Below, in pieces: positions 10,605 to 20,334 of a DNA stretch of 64,000 nucleotides. Source of the DNA: an uncultured Oscillospiraceae bacterium. GTDB lineage: Bacteria > Bacillota > Clostridia > Oscillospirales > Ruminococcaceae. Positions within the stretch are counted from its first letter, which is position 1. Every line of letters starts with the position of its first letter. The position numbers and the translations under genes were made by a program. The DNA lies in contig CAJFOX010000032.1 of the NCBI GenBank assembly GCA_904397845.1, forward strand, positions 130-64,129, written 5' to 3'. The notes beneath the pieces were generated by a model. That model saw nothing but the letters and a program-made list of their open reading frames with translations. It had not been told where the DNA came from and searched no databases.

Positions 10605-11903
10605 ATGTTCGACACCATTAGAAACGCGTGGAAAATCGCGGACCTGAGAAAGAAGATTCTTTTCACCGCTTTGATTCTGCTGATTTTTCGTATCGGCAGC
10701 GCCATTCCCGTTCCGTTTCTGGACGCGAGCGTTATGCAGGCCTGGATGTCCAATGCGGGCGACGGCAACCTGCTGGGCTATATCGACGTTTTGACCGGCG
10801 GCGCGTTTTCTAACGCCACAATTTTTGCCATGTCCATCAGCCCTTACATCACCGGCTCCATTGTGATCCAGCTTTTGACGGTTGCGATTCCGGCATTGGA
10901 GCGGATGAGCAAGGAAGGAGAGGACGGCAGAAAACGGCTGAACCGGATTACCCGGTATACTGGTATCGGTTTGGGATTTGTGCAGGCGCTGGCTTATTGG
11001 TTCCTGTTGAAAAACCAGGGAGCCTTAGTCTACACTACAGGATTCTCCGGGTTCTTCTCAGCTGTAGTCATTATCATGACGTTTACTGCAGGATCTGCGC
11101 TGATCGTTTTTTTGGGAGACCAAATTGACGCACGGGGCATTGGCAACGGCATTTCCATGATTCTGTTTGCCGGTATCCTGTCCCGCGGCGGCTCCGCAGC
11201 GCTGAGAATGTGGCAGTATTTCCAGATGGGCGCCCAGTCCACCAGATACTACTTTTATGTCCCGCTGGTTCTGATCCTGTTCTTGGTTATGATTGTCTTT
11301 ATCGTGGTCATGACTTCGGCCGAAAGACGGATTCCGGTGCAGTACGCCAAACGGGTTGTTGGCCGGAAGATGTATGGCGGACAGTCCACTTTCATGCCGA
11401 TCAAAGTTAATATGTCCGGCGTTCTGCCGATTATCTTTGCCAGTTCCATTCTGGCAATCCCTGGCACGATTAAGGCGTTTGTGCCGTTGAACACCGAAGG
11501 CCTGCTGTATAAGTTTTTGAGCATTTTCGATTATAATACCGGATGGTATGCCATGATCTACATTTTACTGATCATCATGTTCAACTATTTCTATGTGGCG
11601 ATTCAGTATAACCCTGTGGAAATGGCCAATAATCTGCAAAAGAACAATGGCGCGATTCCGGGTATTCGCCCCGGCAGACCCACCAGTGAGTTTATTACTA
11701 AGGTGATCTCCAAGATTACTTTGGTTGGCGCACTGTTTTTGGGCCTGGTTGCTACCCTGCCGATTCTGCTCACCGCCATCACCGGCATGAACATTTCGCT
11801 GGGCGGTACTTCCATTCTGATTGTCGTCGGCGTTGCGCTGGATACGGTCCGTCAGTTGGAGTCCGAAATGATGATGCGCCATTATAAGGGCTTCTTGGAA
11901 TAA
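10605..11903 (+). CDS. secY: preprotein translocase subunit SecY
   Basis: 432 aa, polytopic. KILFTALILLIFRIGSAIPVPF...IFAMSISPYITGSIVIQLL is SecY. Conserved spc-operon position. Confidence 0.97.
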   Translation: MFDTIRNAWKIADLRKKILFTALILLIFRIGSAIPVPFLDASVMQAWMSNAGDGNLLGYIDVLTGGAFSNATIFAMSISPYITGSIVIQLLTVAIPALERMSKEGEDGRKRLNRITRYTGIGLGFVQALAYWFLLKNQGALVYTTGFSGFFSAVVIIMTFTAGSALIVFLGDQIDARGIGNGISMILFAGILSRGGSAALRMWQYFQMGAQSTRYYFYVPLVLILFLVMIVFIVVMTSAERRIPVQYAKRVVGRKMYGGQSTFMPIKVNMSGVLPIIFASSILAIPGTIKAFVPLNTEGLLYKFLSIFDYNTGWYAMIYILLIIMFNYFYVAIQYNPVEMANNLQKNNGAIPGIRPGRPTSEFITKVISKITLVGALFLGLVATLPILLTAITGMNISLGGTSILIVVGVALDTVRQLESEMMMRHYKGFLE

Positions 11904-11916
11904 TGGAGGGATGAAG

Positions 11917-12549
11917 ATGAATTTGATCCTGTTAGGAGCACCGGGCGCAGGAAAGGGCACGCAAGCCGAGGTGATTTGCGAAAAATTGAAGATTCCTGCC
12001 ATCAGCACCGGCAACATTATCCGCGAGGCACTGAAAAACGGCACCGAACTGGGGCAGAAAGCCAAGTCTTACATGGATGCCGGCGCCCTTGTCCCAGATG
12101 AAGTCGTAATCGCCATTATCAAAGAAAGGCTGTCGCAGGAGGATTGCAAAAACGGTTTTATCCTGGATGGCTTTCCCAGAACGGTTCCGCAGGCGGAGGC
12201 GCTCGACGCTATGGGCGTTGTGATCCATAAGGTCTTGGACATTGAGGTGCCGGATGAGACCATTCAAAAGCGCCTGTCTGGACGGCGGGTTTGCGAAAGC
12301 TGCGGCGCCAGCTACCACGTTGATTTCAAACCTTCCTCCAAAGGGGAAATGTGCGATAAGTGCGGCGGCAAGTTGGTGATCCGTAAGGATGACCAACCGG
12401 AGACGGTGAAGGAACGCCTGAAAGTTTATCATGAGTCCACGGAGCCTTTGTGCGATTACTACAAAAAGGCCGGAAAACTTACGGTAATCGAAGGCCAGGA
12501 AGAAGTAGCCGACACCAGCGCGCTTGTTCTCAAAGCGCTGGAGGCGTAA
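11917..12549 (+). CDS. adk: adenylate kinase (zinc-lid type)
   Basis: Start moved to ATG 11917, 6 nt after GGAGGG. MNLILLGAPGAGKGTQA is the P-loop. The lid has CESCG...CDKCGG. Confidence 0.96.
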   Translation: MNLILLGAPGAGKGTQAEVICEKLKIPAISTGNIIREALKNGTELGQKAKSYMDAGALVPDEVVIAIIKERLSQEDCKNGFILDGFPRTVPQAEALDAMGVVIHKVLDIEVPDETIQKRLSGRRVCESCGASYHVDFKPSSKGEMCDKCGGKLVIRKDDQPETVKERLKVYHESTEPLCDYYKKAGKLTVIEGQEEVADTSALVLKALEA

Positions 12550-12551
12550 GC

Positions 12552-13301
12552 ATGATTCAGCTGAAGAACAAATCGGAGCTGGAGAGGATGAAAAAAGCCT
12601 GCCAGATTTCCGCACAGGCGCTTGTGGTGGCCGGAGAGCATATCCGGGCGGGAATGACCACCTTGGAGCTGGATCGGATCCTCCACCACTTTATTGTCAG
12701 CCAGGGAGCAAAACCGTCTTTTTTAGGTTACGGAGGCTTCCCCGGAACGGCCTGTATTTCGGTGAACGACGAGGTGATCCACGGGATTCCCTCTTCGGAG
12801 CGTGTCCTGCGGGAAGGGGACATCGTCAGCGTTGATGTGGGTGCCTGCATTGATGGGTTCCACGGCGACAATGCGTTTACCTTTCCGGTGGGCCAGATTC
12901 GTGAAGAGGCCCAAAAGCTTCTGGACGTAACGCAAAAAAGCCTGTATCTAGGCATTGAAGCGGCGCAGGCCGGCCATCGGGTCGGCGATATCGGCGCGGC
13001 GGTCCAAGCGTTGGTGGAGCAAAACGGTTTTGCTGTTGTCCGCCAGTATGTGGGACATGGCGTGGGCCATAACCTGCATGAAGATCCGGAGATCCCCAAT
13101 TTCGGCCGGGCCGGGCATGGTGTTCGGCTGGTTCCCGGCATGACGATCGCCATCGAACCGATGGTAAACCAGTCTGGAGAAGGTGTGCGCGTTTTGGATA
13201 ATAACTGGACCGTTGTTACCAGAAGCGGAAGCCTGTCGGCCCATTTTGAGCATACCATCGCGATCACTGAGCAAGGGCCGGTGATTTTGACGACGCCTTA
13301 A
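12552..13301 (+). CDS. map: type I methionine aminopeptidase
   Basis: Track ORF trimmed to ATG 12552 (MIQLKNKSELERMKKAC). VDVGACIDGFHGD...YVGHGVGHNLHEDP...EPM...FEHT are the metal ligands. Confidence 0.95.
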   Translation: MIQLKNKSELERMKKACQISAQALVVAGEHIRAGMTTLELDRILHHFIVSQGAKPSFLGYGGFPGTACISVNDEVIHGIPSSERVLREGDIVSVDVGACIDGFHGDNAFTFPVGQIREEAQKLLDVTQKSLYLGIEAAQAGHRVGDIGAAVQALVEQNGFAVVRQYVGHGVGHNLHEDPEIPNFGRAGHGVRLVPGMTIAIEPMVNQSGEGVRVLDNNWTVVTRSGSLSAHFEHTIAITEQGPVILTTP

Positions 13302-13312
13302 GGGGGCTGGAC

Positions 13313-13579
13313 ATGGAAATCGTAAAAGGCTGTGTCGTAAAATCAACCTCCGGGCGGGATGCCCAGCGCTTTTATCTGGTAATCAGGGTAGAAGGCGGCT
13401 TTGCCTGGATTGCGGATGGTAAGGTACGCCCGCTGGAAAGGCCGAAGCGGAAAAACTGCAGGCATCTGCGCGCGACCAATACGCGGGTGCGGGTGGAAGA
13501 GTTTACGACGAACAATCAATTGAAACGGCTGCTGCACTCCTTTAACTACCCTTTTGAAAAGGGAGAGGGGAACGCATAA
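13313..13579 (+). CDS. KOW-domain RNA-binding protein (small, map-infA linked)
   Basis: MEIVKGCVVKSTSGRDAQRFYLVIRVEGGFAWIADGKVRPLERPKRKN has a KOW-like fold signature. Its position between map and infA recurs in Clostridia. Confidence 0.75.
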   Translation: MEIVKGCVVKSTSGRDAQRFYLVIRVEGGFAWIADGKVRPLERPKRKNCRHLRATNTRVRVEEFTTNNQLKRLLHSFNYPFEKGEGNA

Positions 13580-13609
13580 GCCCTGCGCGAACCAAAGGGA
13601 GGTATTTAC

Positions 13610-13828
13610 TTGTCTAAGGAAGACGTCATTGAGATTGAAGGTACGGTCCTCGAAGCTTTGCCCAACGCTCAATTTCAGGTAGAATTGCCGAATAAGCATG
13701 TCATTTTAGCACATATTTCCGGCAAATTAAGAATGAATTTCATCCGCATCCTGCCGGGTGATAAGGTCACGGTCGAGATGTCCCCATACGACCTGACCAA
13801 GGGACGCATTACATGGCGTTCGAAATAG
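13610..13828 (+). CDS. infA: translation initiation factor IF-1
   Basis: TTG start after [32 protein letters not shown]...[14 protein letters not shown] is IF-1. Confidence 0.97.
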   Translation: MSKEDVIEIEGTVLEALPNAQFQVELPNKHVILAHISGKLRMNFIRILPGDKVTVEMSPYDLTKGRITWRSK

Positions 13829-13864
13829 GTTCCGTTTCGGAAAGGTACAAGGAGGTATTTGAAA

Positions 13865-13978
13865 ATGAAAGTCAGACCTTCCGTTAAGCCCATTTGCGAA
13901 AAGTGCAAAATCATCAAGCGCAAAGGCCGCATTATGGTGATTTGCTCCAATCCCAAGCACAAGCAGCGCCAGGGATAA
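13865..13978 (+). CDS. rpmJ: 50S ribosomal protein L36 (37 aa, absent from the ORF track)
   Basis: Read by hand: AAGGAGG then ATG 13865; [37 protein letters not shown]; TAA at 13976-13978. Confidence 0.93.
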   Translation: MKVRPSVKPICEKCKIIKRKGRIMVICSNPKHKQRQG

Positions 13979-14060
13979 TGGCGCGAGAGCTACGCCGCCT
14001 GCCGCTTATGCGGCCGCCAGGCGGATGTGGCAACCGATATAATGGAGGTGCAACAAAAGT

Positions 14061-14429
14061 ATGGCTCGTATAGCTGGTGTTGACTTGCCCAGAGAGAAAC
14101 GCATTGAGATCGGACTGACCTATATCTATGGTATCGGCCGCAAAACCGCTTCTGATATTCTGAAAGCGACCGGCGTAAATCCTGATATTAGAGTAAAAGA
14201 TATGTCCGAAGACGATGTGTCTAAGCTGCGTGAGTACATTGACAAGCATTTGCAGGTAGAAGGCGACCTGCGCCGCTCTGTCGCTCTCGACATCAAAAGA
14301 TTGACTGAAATTGGATGCTATCGTGGTCTGCGTCACAGAAGGGGCCTGCCTGTGAGAGGACAGCGCACCAAGACTAACGCACGTACCCGCAAAGGTCCGA
14401 AGAAGACAATCGCCAACAAGAAGAAGTAA
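14061..14429 (+). CDS. rpsM: 30S ribosomal protein S13
   Basis: [30 protein letters not shown] is S13. Confidence 0.97.
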   Translation: MARIAGVDLPREKRIEIGLTYIYGIGRKTASDILKATGVNPDIRVKDMSEDDVSKLREYIDKHLQVEGDLRRSVALDIKRLTEIGCYRGLRHRRGLPVRGQRTKTNARTRKGPKKTIANKKK

Positions 14430-14448
14430 TCAGGGAGGGATAACTGAG

Positions 14449-14847
14449 ATGGCAAAAGCCGTAACCAAAAAAGCCACTCGCAGACGCCGTGAGAAGAAGA
14501 ATATCGAACGCGGCGCGGCTCATATCCAGTCCACTTTCAACAATACCATCGTGACCATTACCGATGTACAGGGTAATGCGCTCAGCTGGGCAAGTGCCGG
14601 CGGTCTGGGCTTCAGAGGCTCCAGAAAATCGACTCCGTTTGCCGCGCAGACAGCAGCGGAAACTGCCGCTAAAGCCGCGATGGAACATGGACTGAAAACC
14701 GTTGAAGTATACGTAAAGGGCCCCGGCTCCGGTCGTGAAGCTGCGATTCGTGCGCTGCAGGCTGCCGGCCTGGAAGTCAGCATGATCAAAGATGTGACCC
14801 CGATCCCTCACAACGGATGCCGCCCGCCTAAGAGAAGACGCGTCTAA
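14449..14847 (+). CDS. rpsK: 30S ribosomal protein S11
   Basis: [46 protein letters not shown] is S11. Confidence 0.97.
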   Translation: MAKAVTKKATRRRREKKNIERGAAHIQSTFNNTIVTITDVQGNALSWASAGGLGFRGSRKSTPFAAQTAAETAAKAAMEHGLKTVEVYVKGPGSGREAAIRALQAAGLEVSMIKDVTPIPHNGCRPPKRRRV

Positions 14848-14868
14848 CCATCAAGGAGGTATAACCAT

Positions 14869-15498
14869 ATGGCAAGATATACTGGCGCTTCCTGCAGACT
14901 GTGCAGAAGAGAAGGCCAAAAGCTGTTCCTGAAGGGTGAGAGATGCTATTCTGACAAATGTGCAATCGTAACCCGCAAAGGCGCTGTTCCCGGCCAGCAT
15001 GGCCAGGGCCGCAAGAAAGTTTCTGAATATGGCATCCAGCTGCGCGCAAAGCAGAAGGCCAAACGCTTCTACGGCGTATCTGAGAACCAGTTCTACCACT
15101 ATTATGAAATGGCAGAGAGAAGACCCGGTATAACCGGTGAGAATCTGTTGCGTTTCTTAGAAAGCCGGCTGGATAATATTGTTTACAGAGCTGGCTTTGC
15201 AAATTCCAGAAAAGAAGCAAGACAGTTGGTCCTGCACCGTCACTTCACCGTAAACGGCAAAAGAGTAAACATCCCTTCGTATCTTTGCAAAGCGGGCGAT
15301 GTGATTGCTGTTGCTGATGGCTTCAAAAACAGCGAAAAACTGAAATCGATCGTTGAGATCAACGGCGCGCGTCCGGTACCTATGTGGATCGATAAGAATA
15401 AAGACCAGATGGTAGCGTCTATTGTTCGCCTGCCCAACCGCGAGGATATTGACCTTGAGGTTGAGGAGCATCTGATCGTAGAGTTGTACTCCAAATAA
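14869..15498 (+). CDS. rpsD: 30S ribosomal protein S4
   Basis: [26 protein letters not shown]...[25 protein letters not shown] is S4. It lies inside the alpha operon. Confidence 0.97.
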   Translation: MARYTGASCRLCRREGQKLFLKGERCYSDKCAIVTRKGAVPGQHGQGRKKVSEYGIQLRAKQKAKRFYGVSENQFYHYYEMAERRPGITGENLLRFLESRLDNIVYRAGFANSRKEARQLVLHRHFTVNGKRVNIPSYLCKAGDVIAVADGFKNSEKLKSIVEINGARPVPMWIDKNKDQMVASIVRLPNREDIDLEVEEHLIVELYSK

Positions 15499-15632
15499 AG
15501 CCGGTCTATGCTGCCAGAATTTTTTTTGGCAGCGGGGATCGTTTGGATTTGGAATTGCGTGTTTTAGATAATCGGCAAGGGAACGCGATCAACATGACAA
15601 ACCTGGTGTTTGTCCTATAAGGAGGGTTTACT

Positions 15633-16595
15633 TTGATTGAAATTGAAAAGCCAAGAATTGAGACGGCTGAAATCAAGCCGGACGGCACATACGGCAAATT
15701 CGTCGTTGAACCTCTCGAGCGCGGCTTCGGTACCACGCTGGGCAACAGCCTGCGGCGTGTGCTTCTCTCCTCGCTCCCTGGCGTTGCTGTTACATCGATC
15801 AAGATCGATGGTGTCCAGCATGAATTCTCAACCGTCCCCGGTGTGAAGGAAGATGTGACCGAAATTGTCCTCAATATCAAGAATCTGACCGCGAAGCTTT
15901 TCTGCGACGGCCCCAAAACCGTTGTGATTGATGCGGCGGGCGAATGCGAAGTGACTGCTGATTCCATCACTACCGATTCTGAGGTTGAGATTTTAAACCC
16001 TGGCATGCATATTGCCACTTTGGGCGCGGGCGCCAAGCTGTATATGGAATTGACCCTGGATCGCGGCCGCGGTTATGTCCCTGCGGAGCGGAACAAGCAG
16101 ATACAGTCGACAACCGGCCCATCTGTCCTGGGAGTGATCCCGGTAGACAGTATCTACACCCCTGTGCTGAAAGTAAACTACACCGTGGAAAATACCCGTG
16201 TCGAGCAGATTACCGACTATGATAAGCTGACGCTGGAAGTTTGGACGGACGGTACGATTTCTGCAAAGGAAGCCGTTTCTTTAGGCGCCAAGGTCCTCAA
16301 CGAACATCTCAACTTGTTTGTTGATCTTTCCGATGAGGCCTACCACACTGAAATCATGGTGGAAAAGGACGATAACGGAAAAGAAAAGATCCTTGAGATG
16401 ACCATTGAAGAACTTGACCTGTCTGTGCGCTCGTTTAACTGCCTCAAGCGTGCAGGCATTAACACGGTGGAAGATTTGATCAGCAAGTCCGAGGAAGAGA
16501 TGATGAAAGTCCGCAACCTCGGAAAGAAGTCCTTGGAAGAGGTTATTTCCAAGCTCCAGTCACTGGGCTTCAACCTCACCCACGATGATGAATAA
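15633..16595 (+). CDS. rpoA: DNA-directed RNA polymerase subunit alpha
   Basis: TTG start after [35 protein letters not shown] and the C-terminal [22 protein letters not shown] are RpoA NTD/CTD hallmarks. Confidence 0.97.
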   Translation: MIEIEKPRIETAEIKPDGTYGKFVVEPLERGFGTTLGNSLRRVLLSSLPGVAVTSIKIDGVQHEFSTVPGVKEDVTEIVLNIKNLTAKLFCDGPKTVVIDAAGECEVTADSITTDSEVEILNPGMHIATLGAGAKLYMELTLDRGRGYVPAERNKQIQSTTGPSVLGVIPVDSIYTPVLKVNYTVENTRVEQITDYDKLTLEVWTDGTISAKEAVSLGAKVLNEHLNLFVDLSDEAYHTEIMVEKDDNGKEKILEMTIEELDLSVRSFNCLKRAGINTVEDLISKSEEEMMKVRNLGKKSLEEVISKLQSLGFNLTHDDE

Positions 16596-16628
16596 TTCTT
16601 ACTATTCCAGGTAAAGGAGTGAATTTCC

Positions 16629-16970
16629 ATGCCAGGTGCAAGAAAGCTCGGCAGAACGACTGACCATAGAAAAGCGATGCTCAGAGCCATGGTTACTTAT
16701 CTGCTGGAAAACGGCAAGATCGAGACTACTGTGACAAGAGCGAAAGAAGTTCGTTCCATGGCCGAGAAGATCATTACGATCGGCAAGAACGACAGTCTTC
16801 ATGCAAAGCGCCAGGTATATTCTTTCATTACGAAGGAAACTGTGGCCAAGAAAGTGTTTGATGAGATTTCTCCCAAATATAAAGAGAGAAACGGCGGTTA
16901 TACCCGCATGATCAAAGTGGGCCCCCGCCGCGGCGATGCTGCTGAAATGGCAATCATCGAGCTGGTATAA
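16629..16970 (+). CDS. rplQ: 50S ribosomal protein L17
   Basis: [34 protein letters not shown] is L17. Confidence 0.97.
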   Translation: MPGARKLGRTTDHRKAMLRAMVTYLLENGKIETTVTRAKEVRSMAEKIITIGKNDSLHAKRQVYSFITKETVAKKVFDEISPKYKERNGGYTRMIKVGPRRGDAAEMAIIELV

Positions 16971-16986
16971 GAAATAAAAGCCAAAA

Positions 16987-17013
16987 CGGATGCAGGCTCC
17001 TGCATCCGTTTTT
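16987..17013 (+). terminator. intrinsic terminator ending the ribosomal cluster
   Basis: CGGATGCAG-gctc-CTGCATCCG followed by TTTTT, 17 nt after the rplQ stop. Confidence 0.8.
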
Positions 17014-17195
17014 CTATGCTGGCACCGTCCCCGTTCCGCTCGATTAAAAAAGCAAGCGCCTTCGGCATATGGATTAGAAAGGCTGCGAACCAGACCGTTT
17101 TGCCGCCCAGAGAAAATATCCATTGACATTTGGCAGGAAAAAGCATAAAGTGGATATGTTCGGTTTTTCATTCTGTAACTGCGGAGAGAGAAAAG

Positions 17196-18080
17196 ATGAG
17201 TAAACGATATAAAGGGATTTTATGTATTTTGGCGGCAGCATTTTGCTTTGCGATTATGAACGCATGCGTCCGGGCGTCCGGCGAGCTGCCCGCTATGCAG
17301 AAGGCCTTTTTCCGAAATATCGTCGCGCTGGCCTGCGCTTATGTCATATTGAAGCGGTCTGGAACGCCAGTGCGTTGGAAAAAGGAGAATTTTTGGCTGC
17401 TGTTCCTCCGCGCCGCTGCCGGGACGGTCGGCGTAGTCTGCAATTTTTATGCCGTGGACCATCTGGTTCTTTCGGATGCGACAATGCTCAATAAAATGTC
17501 CCCTTTTTTTGCAATTTTGTTTTCCTTTCTGCTTTTAAAAGAGAATTTGAAGATATATCAAATTGTGGCGGTAATCGGTTCCTTTGTCGGGAGCCTGTTT
17601 ATCATTAAGCCCACGTTTGCCAATATGGACCTGATACCGTCTCTTATCGGCCTGGTTGGTGGATTGGGGGCGGGGATTGCTTACACCATGGTCCGCAAGC
17701 TGGGTATGAAGGGAGAAAACGGGGAAAAAGGCCCGCTGATCGTGCTGTTTTTTTCGGCTTTTTCCTGCTTGGTAACATTACCGTATCTGCTGTTTTTCTA
17801 TCAGCCGATGACTTGGCATCAGCTTCTTTTTCTGCTTTTGGCGGGGATCTCCGGAGCTGGCGGCCAGTTTGCCATTACCGCGGCATATACCTATGCGCCG
17901 GCCCGGGATATTTCGGTTTATGATTATACGCAAGTCATTTTCTCGGCGATTCTGGGCTTTTTCCTGTTTCATCAGCTGCCGGATCGTTATAGCGTCATCG
18001 GGTATGCTTTGATTTGCGGCATGGGTATTTATATGTTCCTGATGACCCGCCGAGCAGTGAAAAATGGACAGGAGGTTTAG
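17196..18080 (+). CDS. EamA/DMT-family transporter
   Basis: Track ORF trimmed to ATG 17196 (GGAGAGAG upstream). About 10 hydrophobic spans. ILAAAFCFAIMNACVR and the two-half repeat architecture are typical of EamA. Confidence 0.8.
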   Translation: MSKRYKGILCILAAAFCFAIMNACVRASGELPAMQKAFFRNIVALACAYVILKRSGTPVRWKKENFWLLFLRAAAGTVGVVCNFYAVDHLVLSDATMLNKMSPFFAILFSFLLLKENLKIYQIVAVIGSFVGSLFIIKPTFANMDLIPSLIGLVGGLGAGIAYTMVRKLGMKGENGEKGPLIVLFFSAFSCLVTLPYLLFFYQPMTWHQLLFLLLAGISGAGGQFAITAAYTYAPARDISVYDYTQVIFSAILGFFLFHQLPDRYSVIGYALICGMGIYMFLMTRRAVKNGQEV

Positions 18081-18147
18081 CAACGCTTGTTGCACTGATC
18101 CGTTGGAAAAAGGGAACTGCTCCCAAAAGAGATTATTTTGTAAAGAA

Positions 18148-18181
18148 GAAAAAGAGCCTTTTTCTAAAAAGGCTCTTTTTC
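18148..18181. terminator. bidirectional terminator between convergent genes
   Basis: AGAGCCTTTTT/AAAAAGGCTCT hairpin flanked by an A-run and a T-run. Confidence 0.75.
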
Positions 18182-18211
18182 ACTCTAAAAATGCCCCTTT
18201 CATTAGAGGGC

Positions 18212-18520
18212 CTATTTTAAAATTTCGATTCCCCCGATAAAAGGAAGCGGTTCTTCTGCCTCGCGGATCGCATGACTTAACCCGAGAAAAAACAAAATGA
18301 CAATGAAAATATTTAAAAGTTGGAATGTCCACCCGATCAACGGGATGTAGCGGCCAATCCAGATGATGGCACTTACTACGACTTCGGAAAGGAAAAGTAC
18401 CAGTCCCTGATTCGCGTGATATTTTGCGAAATGGGATTCGGGGGCCAGCAGTACGGCCAGCAGAAAAAGAGGACCAAAATAGGCCAGAATGGCAAGAGCT
18501 TTTTCCTTGGATGATATCAT
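18212..18520 (-). CDS. small membrane protein, DUF4870-like
   Basis: Start placed at ATG 18520 (GAGGTG upstream). KALAILAYFGPLFLL...AKYHANQGLVLF plus further TM spans resemble DUF4870. Confidence 0.6.
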   Translation of the reverse strand: MISSKEKALAILAYFGPLFLLAVLLAPESHFAKYHANQGLVLFLSEVVVSAIIWIGRYIPLIGWTFQLLNIFIVILFFLGLSHAIREAEEPLPFIGGIEILK

Positions 18521-18799
18521 GACATTACACCTCACTTTCCTTTTTCATTATAGTCTGGTTTAGGAAATTTGGCAAGGAGTTGGAATTTGTAGCAAAAATG
18601 GAAAGCGATAGGGAAATAGAAAATTTTACAACTTGAAAAACGAAAACGTTTTTCTTTTATTTTTTATTCATAATACACAGTTAAGGGAAAAATCTTTATG
18701 AATTAGTGCTATGTTCAAAACGAAATCTCTGTGTTAAAATGACTAAAGTTGCAAAATGTCATAGGACATTATAAGTTTTCTATTGAAAGAAGGATTGGT

Positions 18800-20197
18800 T
18801 TGAGTACACAAAAAGTGAGTGTGGTAGACGAAAGCCGTAAGCCCAGCCTTACCATCGTTATGCTTGCCTGGCCAGTATTTATCGAACAGATTTTGGTATC
18901 CATGGTCAGCTATGTCGATACGGCGATGGTTGGGTATATGGGGGCAAACGCCACTGCCGCCGTTAGTATCAGCAACTCACCTAATATGCTGGTAAACGGC
19001 ACGATTATGGCGATTGGCGTAGGCTTTACGGCAATGATCTCCCGGGCAATTGGCGCGGAAGATTTGCAACGGGCCAAAGACTTGATGCGCCAGGCGCTGC
19101 TGGTGGTCGTTGCGCTGGGACTGCCCTTAATGTGCGTTTTGTTGCTGCTGGCGGAAAAAATTCCGCTTTGGATGGGCGCGCAGGCGGAAATCCTGCCCGA
19201 CGCCGCCGCGTATAACCGAATCATTGCGGCGTCGCTGGTTTTCCGTACGATGTCGATGATTATTACTTCTATCATGCGCGGATATGGGGACACCAAAACG
19301 CCTATGTTCGTCAACATCGGCGTGAATATCATAAACGTTATCGGCAATTTCCTGTTGATTTACCCGACAAGGACAATGTCACTGTTCGGGCTGGAATTTA
19401 CCATGATTGGCGCCGGCTGGGGCGTAGCGGGCGCTGCGGTAGCTACCTCCGGTTCGGCGACCATTGGCGCGCTGATTATGCTGGCGGTAATCTTTTTGAA
19501 AAAAGGGCCGATGCAGTTGGGCGTCAAGGGGCGGTATCTGCCAGACTGGGCTATTTTAAAAACGGTATTTCGCATCAGCCTTCCCGCAGCCTTTGAAAGG
19601 ATTGCCATGTCTTCCGCCGGCATCATTACCACCAGTACAATTGCAACGCTGGGTACAGTTGCGGTTGCGGCTAACTCCCTGTACCTGACGGCGGAATCCA
19701 TATGCTTTATGCCCGGCTTTGCCTTTTCCACTGCGGCGACTACGCTGGTAGGCCAGTCGTTGGGAGCGAAACGGCCGGATCTGGCTGAAAGCTATGTAAA
19801 AAAGACGGCAAAAATTGCGAGCGTCGTGATGCTTTTGATGAGCGTACTGCTCTATATTTTTGCAGGGCCGATCCTGCGGATGTTTACCCCGGACCTGGCG
19901 GTTATTGCACTGGGAACCATTTGCCTGCAGTACGACGCATTTATTCAGGTCCCGCAGATGCTGGCGCAGGTGCTGGCCGGCGCATTGCGCGGTGCGGGTG
20001 ACACCAAGTGGACGTTTATTATCATCACAGTATCCATGTGGGGTGTGCGGATTCTGGGAACCGTTATAGGAATCCGTGTGCTGGGCTTTGGACTGGAGGC
20101 GGCCTGCCTTGCTATGTGCGCCGACCAATGCGTCCGCTGTGTCCTGTTCTTCCTGCGGTATCGCACCGGCAGATGGAAAGAAGCCATTCGCGACTAG
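18800..20197 (+). CDS. MATE-family efflux transporter (copy 1)
   Basis: 12-TM-like protein. MLAWPVFIEQILVSMVSYVDTAMVG is the MATE N-terminal motif. The start is uncertain: TTG 18800 after GAAAGAAGGA, versus the track start 18749. Confidence 0.85.
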   Translation: MSTQKVSVVDESRKPSLTIVMLAWPVFIEQILVSMVSYVDTAMVGYMGANATAAVSISNSPNMLVNGTIMAIGVGFTAMISRAIGAEDLQRAKDLMRQALLVVVALGLPLMCVLLLLAEKIPLWMGAQAEILPDAAAYNRIIAASLVFRTMSMIITSIMRGYGDTKTPMFVNIGVNIINVIGNFLLIYPTRTMSLFGLEFTMIGAGWGVAGAAVATSGSATIGALIMLAVIFLKKGPMQLGVKGRYLPDWAILKTVFRISLPAAFERIAMSSAGIITTSTIATLGTVAVAANSLYLTAESICFMPGFAFSTAATTLVGQSLGAKRPDLAESYVKKTAKIASVVMLLMSVLLYIFAGPILRMFTPDLAVIALGTICLQYDAFIQVPQMLAQVLAGALRGAGDTKWTFIIITVSMWGVRILGTVIGIRVLGFGLEAACLAMCADQCVRCVLFFLRYRTGRWKEAIRD

Positions 20198-20227
20198 GAA
20201 GTCATATTGTTTGGTTATAAGAGGAAG

Positions 20228-20257
20228 AAGGGGTGCTTTTAGCACCCCTTTTGTTTT
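20228..20257 (+). terminator. intrinsic terminator after MATE copy 1
   Basis: AAGGGGTGCT-ttt-AGCACCCCTT followed by TTGTTTT. Confidence 0.8.
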
Positions 20258-20334
20258 GGTGACAGCGGCAGAGTAACACGCATAATATGAAAAGAAGCCT
20301 TGCATCTTCATTCCAAAAGACGGGAGGAATCTTT

